Below are positions 24,313 to 29,902 of a stretch of DNA of 29,902 bases, piece by piece. Numbering within the stretch: the first letter of the stretch is position 1; each line of letters opens with the position of its first letter. The DNA is taken from positions 1 to 29,902 of the IMG/VR virus record IMGVR_UViG_3300046786_000059; one strand, given 5' to 3'. This stretch comes from a virus. Taxonomy: Duplodnaviria > Caudoviricetes. A model generated the notes under the pieces. That model did not search any database. It saw only the letters and a program-made list of their open reading frames with translations, and had not been told where the DNA came from. The position numbers and the translations under genes are program-made.

Positions 24313-26510
24313 TGGCATACGCTAATAAATATAAAATAACAATGGCTACTAAAAGCGGTAGCATTGAAACACTTTATTTACTTGAAGATGGTTATGTAGG
24401 CGATTTAATTGAATATCCAGCCGTAAGCATACAAATACAATACTTGCCAAAAAGCGATGATATATTTGAGCCTATTTATGCAAGTCAATTGAATGTGCTT
24501 TTAGATGTTACTGATGATTTGGCTAATATGCCAGACTTCACAACGCTAAACGATAGAAAATATTTGTGTAAGTTGTACTATGGTGCAACTTTAGAATGGC
24601 AAGGCTGGGCATTAAGCGACTATGTGCAATTCAGCTACACAACTGGTAGAAAAAATTTAGCTTTTAACGCTATTGACGGCTTAGGTATGTTAGAAAGGAT
24701 TCCCTACGCATTGCCAACGGATTATACTTTAGTAGAAAGGACAACTTGTTTAAGTTTGTTACAAACGGCTTTATCAAGTGCTGGATATACTTTAAACTTG
24801 ATAAGCGGTATTAGTTTTTATAGTACGGATATGGTTGACAGAGGTGCTGGAACGGCAAACGAGCCTTTAAGCCAATCTTATCTTAACTACGCTTCAATAA
24901 CAAACGATAATCAAAATCCTTATAGTGCTTTACAAGTAATAACAAATATTGCACGAGGTTTTGGCAGTAGAGTATTCCAAGCACAAGGGAAATGGTACAT
25001 AGTTCCTTTAACTGAGTTTGCTCAATCAAGCTATTACTTTACGGAATATAGTCCTGCAGGTGCGGTTGTAACAAGTGGAACAAAGTCTTTAACAAGTGAA
25101 ATTCAAGGATATACTGGCAATACAAGCGGTTCGTTCTTTGTAGATAATAGCCAAGTAAAAATTCTTAGGAAAGGTTACAATAAGATAAGATTTGAAAAGC
25201 AAATTGAATACCCTAAAAACTATGTAACTAACTGGGATTTGAAGAAATTTACAGTTATTTCTACATTTCAAGGTGATGCAGCAGGTTGGACAGAGCGAAG
25301 AGAAACAGACGGACAAATTTATGTTAAGGATTACCCACAATTAAAGTACAACTCTTTTATTATTAGTAATACAAATTTACCTCCTTATGATGTAGGGGTA
25401 AGTCCAGATGAATTGCCAAAATTAGGTATAAGCGAAACGGCAACTATATCTTTTGACATAACTGGTATTGGTGTTCCTGCAAGTGGTCCAGATGCTTTAT
25501 TTATTCTTAGAATAGAATTAGTTACTCCAAGTTTTACATATTATATAAACGAGAATAAGGAGTGGGCGAATACTGGAAGTAATTATTATTATTATCCATT
25601 TGATCCAGCAAACGCAAAGGCTAATTTTAGCATTGATTTGCCACCTGCCCCAGATAACGGCGATTTATCGTTTGAGTTAGTAATAGCTGACGGAAGTTCT
25701 GCATATTGGAAAGCAACAGTTGGTACAGTTGAAGTACAAAACTTTAGAATGGAGGTTATCCCTGCTTTTAGTTCTTTATTGACTGAAAGTTACATAAACG
25801 ATACAGAAGAATATGTTTTAGAAGTTGATTTGCCTTTAGGGTTTAATAGTGATGCTGAAGGATATTTCTCTTATAGAGGATTTTTAAGTAATTCAAGCGG
25901 TAGCAACTTAATTGGTTGGTATCGTTACGAATACCCAGACGATGTTTATCGTTCTTTGAGTGATTTGGTTATAAAGCAATATTCAAACTGCTTAAATAAG
26001 AATGTAATCAATATTGACGCTTCGTTAATGGGTATGAATACTACAAACGGAAGATTTAGCGGTGCGATGAGATTAACGGCTACCGATACAGATCCGGCAC
26101 AAATAAGCGTTGAAGATAAAAAATACATATTAGGTAATTCTACTATTGATTTATTTAATGATACTATTCAATGTACTTTATTAGATATTAATAACGAGAA
26201 TATAGTAACTACTTTAACGACTACTTACGCTAATAATAATCTAAGCGGAGAATTAGCTTCAAGTTCGCATTTAAGGTCAACGGCTTACTTCACTCGTGAA
26301 GAGGCTTACGCTGCTCCGTTTACTACATTTGTAGTTTATAATGACTTGCCAATAGGTATTCCAAGCGTGGGCGATGTTTACTATGCGGATGTAACATTGA
26401 CAACTCCGTTTAATGGTGCGGCTTTATGGTGGAAAATCCAAACTGGTCCAGTTGACTTTGCAGCGTTCAAGATTAGTTCAAGTGGTATTATAACAGAAAT
26501 TTATGGTTAA
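24312..26510 (+). CDS. Tail tip / baseplate hub protein
   Basis: Large acidic beta-rich protein directly after the tape measure gene; WQGW and AIDGLGML patterns. Confidence 0.7.
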   Translation: MAYANKYKITMATKSGSIETLYLLEDGYVGDLIEYPAVSIQIQYLPKSDDIFEPIYASQLNVLLDVTDDLANMPDFTTLNDRKYLCKLYYGATLEWQGWALSDYVQFSYTTGRKNLAFNAIDGLGMLERIPYALPTDYTLVERTTCLSLLQTALSSAGYTLNLISGISFYSTDMVDRGAGTANEPLSQSYLNYASITNDNQNPYSALQVITNIARGFGSRVFQAQGKWYIVPLTEFAQSSYYFTEYSPAGAVVTSGTKSLTSEIQGYTGNTSGSFFVDNSQVKILRKGYNKIRFEKQIEYPKNYVTNWDLKKFTVISTFQGDAAGWTERRETDGQIYVKDYPQLKYNSFIISNTNLPPYDVGVSPDELPKLGISETATISFDITGIGVPASGPDALFILRIELVTPSFTYYINENKEWANTGSNYYYYPFDPANAKANFSIDLPPAPDNGDLSFELVIADGSSAYWKATVGTVEVQNFRMEVIPAFSSLLTESYINDTEEYVLEVDLPLGFNSDAEGYFSYRGFLSNSSGSNLIGWYRYEYPDDVYRSLSDLVIKQYSNCLNKNVINIDASLMGMNTTNGRFSGAMRLTATDTDPAQISVEDKKYILGNSTIDLFNDTIQCTLLDINNENIVTTLTTTYANNNLSGELASSSHLRSTAYFTREEAYAAPFTTFVVYNDLPIGIPSVGDVYYADVTLTTPFNGAALWWKIQTGPVDFAAFKISSSGIITEIYG

Positions 26511-26515
26511 ATTTG
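26508..26515 (+). promoter_or_regulatory. -7 element TAAATTTG, 4 nt before ATG 26520
   Basis: TAnnTTTG match that overlaps the upstream stop codon. Confidence 0.5.
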
Positions 26516-26519
26516 TAAT

Positions 26520-27206
26520 ATGGCAGACAAAGTAATAGGTAAAAATATAATGCTCTACAAGTATGATGCAGAAACGGAAACGGATATACCTTTTGCGTGT
26601 TCTACCAATTGTAGTTTTAATGTAACAGTAGATCAAAAAGAAGTTACATCTCAAAGTTCGGCTTGGTATCGTGAATATAGAAACGACATTGCAAGTTGGA
26701 ATATTACTTGCGATGGCTTGGTTACTTTAGACAATTACGGCTATTTGTTCTTATTAGAACTTCAGCAATCAAGAGAAAGCATTATCGTAAAGTTTGTAAT
26801 AGACAACGGAGTTGACGGATTAGTAATAATTAGCGGTACTTGTAATATGACAAGTTTAACTATCAATGGTCCTTATAAAGACATTGCGACTTATTCGGTT
26901 AGTTTGCAAGGTTCTGGAGCATACGGCACAAGCGGTACTTCAATCACTCCGAGCGGAACAGTTATCGTTGGCGGTTCAGTTTACTCTAAAGGTTATACGG
27001 CTGCCGGTGGAGAAACAACAGTTACTTGGGCGGATATGGTGGGTAAGACTTGTCTTTATGTATCAAGAGGCGGTATTGATGTACAAAATATTATAGTTAG
27101 CGGCACTCCTATTGACGAAGAGGTAAAGTGGAACTCTTTAACTGGGGTTTTAACATTTAGTCGTGTATTAGGTAGTGGAGAATATGTGAGGTCTCTTTTC
27201 CAATAG
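26520..27206 (+). CDS. Second tail-tube-fold protein with C-terminal beta extension
   Basis: ACSTNCSFNV...EVTS...SWNITCDGL...SGTCNMTSL...ATYSVSLQGSG parallels TP901-1-type tail tube proteins. Confidence 0.7.
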   Translation: MADKVIGKNIMLYKYDAETETDIPFACSTNCSFNVTVDQKEVTSQSSAWYREYRNDIASWNITCDGLVTLDNYGYLFLLELQQSRESIIVKFVIDNGVDGLVIISGTCNMTSLTINGPYKDIATYSVSLQGSGAYGTSGTSITPSGTVIVGGSVYSKGYTAAGGETTVTWADMVGKTCLYVSRGGIDVQNIIVSGTPIDEEVKWNSLTGVLTFSRVLGSGEYVRSLFQ

Positions 27207-27227
27207 ATAATAAAAAAATATAATTAG

Positions 27228-29902
27228 ATGTCAAATCAGATAATAATATCAAGCGGTGCAAAAGTTAGAAATTTAAGTGGTGTACTAACGGCGACATCTG
27301 GGATTGTTGATTCAGTTGGTCTTGGTCAACCTAATGGTGTGGCTACGCTCGATTCAAGCGGTAAAGTTCCATTAAGTCAGCTACCAGCTTCGGTTATTAC
27401 TTATTTAGGTACTTGGAACGCAGCAACTAATACTCCGACTTTAACAAACGGAGTGGGTGATGATGGCGATTTATATATTTGTAATGTAGCGGGAACTGTT
27501 AACTTCGGTGCTGGTCCTATTACTTTTGCGGTTGGCGATTGGGTTATTTATGGAAGTGGAACTTGGCAAAAATCAGCTGGAGCAAGTGGAACAGTAACAA
27601 GCGTTGCAGTTTCAAGAAGTGGTGATGCGTTATCAATAACTGGTTCTCCAATTACAACAAGCGGAACTATAAACATAGGATTTGCAGGTAATAGTGGACA
27701 ATACATTGACGGATCTGGTAATCTTACTACATTCCCTTCAATTATTACACAAGCTCAAAACTTAGTAACTGAAGTTTACAATAATACTGGAGCAACTTTA
27801 TCTAAAGGAACAATAGTTTATATAAACGGAGGACACGGGAATTTACCAACTGTTGCTAAGGCGATTGCTACAAGTGATGCAACTTCGGCTCAAACTTACG
27901 GAGTAGTAAGGGCAGACATTACTAATAATAACAATGGTTATGTAACTGTTTTTGGTAATATAGACAATTTAAATACAAATGCGTACGCTGACGGAACGCA
28001 ACTTTATTTAAGTGGCACAACGGCTGGAGCTTGGACTTCAACTAAGCCACACGCACCAATTCACTTGGTTTATGTTGGTATTGTAACAAGAAGTCATCCA
28101 ACGCAAGGTGTTGTTGAAATTAGAATCCAAAATGGATACGAGTTAGAAGAATTGCATGATGTTGCAATAACAAGCGTTGCTAATAACGATAGTATTTTCT
28201 ATAATAGTTCTAACGACTTATGGGAGAATAAAACTATTGCAGAGGTATTAGGTTATACTCCAGCAAATGATGCAAATGTTGTTCACTTAACTGGAAACGA
28301 AACAATTAACGGAACTAAGACATTTGTTAATCCAACAGTATTTCAACAAACTGTTACTGCATCTTATATAAATACAAATAGTGCAAGTGGTTTATTGATT
28401 GGGGATGATGGTGCAGGTAATGCTGGTGCTTTAAAATTCACACAAAATACAAGTGCAAGTGTTGGCGGTCCAACACAATCAAGCATATTTGTAAATAGTA
28501 ATACAAAGTTTGGATTCTATTACGGAATTTCAAGCGGAGTTTATAAAGGATTTTATTTTGATAATAGTTCTTTAAGCACAAATACTTATAGAACTTACAC
28601 AATGCCAAACGCAAGTGGCACATTGGCTTTAACTTCAGATATTCCAAGTTTAACTGGATATGTTCCTTATACTGGAGCGACTACAAATGTTAATATTGGA
28701 ACAAATAATTTGACTTCTAATGTATTATATACAAGTGCTTTGTATGAAGGCGGTTTATGGATGAATCAAAACTCTACAATGGGTGGCGGTGAATCAACAA
28801 CAACTTATACAAGTATTAAACCATATTTAACAAGATATTTATATTTTAGTTTTGGTCAAGCAAGTGCGTTAAAGAGATTTAGATTTGATGTTAATGGATT
28901 AACTGATAACACAACGCTAACTTACACTATGCCAAATGCAAGTGGAACTTTAGCTTTAACAAGCGATATTCCAAGTTTGACAAACTATGTTACCTTAACT
29001 GGTTCTCAAACTATTACTGGTATTAAGACTTTTACAAATGAGCAATTATTTGGTAACGGAATTACTTTAACTGGAGGTTACATAACTTACACAAGTGGCT
29101 CGTTTAACTTGACTTTAAATACCAATATTTTAACTGCTAATAGAAATGTATTTATAAAAGACGGAAGCGGAACTTTAGCGTTTACTTCGGACATACCTTC
29201 TTTAAGTGGTTATGTTCAAGGTAGTGGTACAACAAACTATCACGCTAAGTTTACTGCAAGTGGAACGATTGGTAATAGTATGCTTACTGATGACGGAACT
29301 ACTTTACAATCAATCGGAGCAACAAGAAGCAACTTTTACCTAAAAGCTGCATCAAGTTCTTACTATTCTCAATTAGCATTTACTAACGGAAGTAACGGAA
29401 GTTTTGGAGGCATAAGCTATAACAATAGCGGACAATATATGCAGTTTGAGACTAACTCAAGCGAGTGGATGAGATTATATAGCAATGGTAATTTAAGATT
29501 GTTTAGTTCAAGTTCAACTGATAATGGAGATAAATTACAGGTAGAGGGTGGAGTATCAGTTATAGGTGGGAATTTAGCAATATCAAAAACATCAAATAGC
29601 AGTGGAACTTACGGACAAATATCATTCCCTCAAGGCCCATATAATAAAGCTGCTATAAGAGGTTATAGTGTATCAAGTATTGATGCTGGAGAATTAAGAT
29701 TTTACACAGCACCTGATGGAGATATTTTAGCTGAAAGAATGCGTATTACAAGTCAAGGAAATGTAGGTATTGGTGTTACACCTTCAATTTTTGATACTAT
29801 TGGTCCAGTTTTACAAATGGGAAGAGCAGTGTTTTATGGTTATAGTAATGAAGCTGCTTTAGGTGCAAACTTTAGATATGAGGGCGGTGATAAGTATATA
29901 AA
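27228..29902 (+). CDS. Tail fibre / receptor-binding protein, ~1048 aa, continuing across the origin to 599
   Basis: ATG 27228 gives MSNQIIISSGAKVRNL...GVATLDSSGKVPLSQLP...YLGTWNAATNTPTL. It is absent from the track, consistent with no stop before the window end. Fibre motifs ETINGTKTF, QTITGIKTF and ERMRITSQGNVGIG are present. Confidence 0.88.
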   Translation, partial: MSNQIIISSGAKVRNLSGVLTATSGIVDSVGLGQPNGVATLDSSGKVPLSQLPASVITYLGTWNAATNTPTLTNGVGDDGDLYICNVAGTVNFGAGPITFAVGDWVIYGSGTWQKSAGASGTVTSVAVSRSGDALSITGSPITTSGTINIGFAGNSGQYIDGSGNLTTFPSIITQAQNLVTEVYNNTGATLSKGTIVYINGGHGNLPTVAKAIATSDATSAQTYGVVRADITNNNNGYVTVFGNIDNLNTNAYADGTQLYLSGTTAGAWTSTKPHAPIHLVYVGIVTRSHPTQGVVEIRIQNGYELEELHDVAITSVANNDSIFYNSSNDLWENKTIAEVLGYTPANDANVVHLTGNETINGTKTFVNPTVFQQTVTASYINTNSASGLLIGDDGAGNAGALKFTQNTSASVGGPTQSSIFVNSNTKFGFYYGISSGVYKGFYFDNSSLSTNTYRTYTMPNASGTLALTSDIPSLTGYVPYTGATTNVNIGTNNLTSNVLYTSALYEGGLWMNQNSTMGGGESTTTYTSIKPYLTRYLYFSFGQASALKRFRFDVNGLTDNTTLTYTMPNASGTLALTSDIPSLTNYVTLTGSQTITGIKTFTNEQLFGNGITLTGGYITYTSGSFNLTLNTNILTANRNVFIKDGSGTLAFTSDIPSLSGYVQGSGTTNYHAKFTASGTIGNSMLTDDGTTLQSIGATRSNFYLKAASSSYYSQLAFTNGSNGSFGGISYNNSGQYMQFETNSSEWMRLYSNGNLRLFSSSSTDNGDKLQVEGGVSVIGGNLAISKTSNSSGTYGQISFPQGPYNKAAIRGYSVSSIDAGELRFYTAPDGDILAERMRITSQGNVGIGVTPSIFDTIGPVLQMGRAVFYGYSNEAALGANFRYEGGDKYI
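28593..29216 (+). repeat. Three 24-codon internal repeats in the tail fibre
   Basis: TYTMPNASGTLALTSDIPSLTGYV (28593-28664), TYTMPNASGTLALTSDIPSLTNYV (28920-28991) and NVFIKDGSGTLAFTSDIPSLSGYV (29145-29216). Confidence 0.85.
29776..29902. repeat. Terminal direct repeat, right copy
   Basis: Identical to 1-127. Confidence 0.95.

Noticed and set aside
10409-27096. Nested plus-strand ORFs 10409-10612, 15124-15315 and 26866-27096
   Set aside because: They are fully embedded in other genes in alternate frames, with no motif or start-context support.
2699-28647. Minus-strand track ORFs (e.g. 2699-2947, 12652-12981, 17992-18312, 23730-24284, 28438-28647)
   Set aside because: All are shadows of well-supported plus-strand genes and show no recognisable motifs.
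29776-29902. 127-bp terminal repeat as a biological direct terminal repeat
   Set aside because: It falls in the middle of the fibre ORF and equals a common assembly k-mer length, so it is most likely a circularisation overlap.
27228-29902. Diversity-generating retroelement acting on the fibre
   Set aside because: No reverse transcriptase is present, and the internal repeats differ at synonymous positions rather than specifically at adenines.

Overview
The window is a complete, circularly permuted genome of a small siphovirus-type phage. It has 29,775 unique bp, and bases 1-127 are repeated exactly at 29776-29902. All credible genes are on the + strand. Order: tail-fibre C-terminus, small genes and lysis cassette (1-3613); metallophosphoesterase, putative nucleotide pyrophosphatase and HExxH protein (3631-5287); non-coding control region (5288-5809); early, recombination, replication and DNA-modification genes (5810-12931); terminase, HK97-type head, neck and non-contractile tail (12954-27206); a ~1048-aa tail fibre that wraps across the origin and is missing from the ORF track. 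TAnnTTTG promoter elements and A-rich starts without Shine-Dalgarno sites point to a Bacteroidota host. I recognised no integrase, CI-type repressor, polymerase, tRNA or CRISPR array. The most notable signals: (1) terL is interrupted inside its Walker A motif by a 10-nt gap between matched GGC codons with a stop after the first, suggesting ribosomal bypassing; (2) two tandem promoter-to-terminator small RNAs are antisense to the start regions of the phage's own early genes; (3) a stand-alone DnaA domain-IV protein co-occurs with DnaA-box-like sites lying over two promoters; (4) a kissing-loop RNA precedes the methylase/replication genes; (5) the tail chaperone frameshift needs +1/-2 rather than -1. 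Protein calls rest on motif recognition and synteny only; no searches were run.
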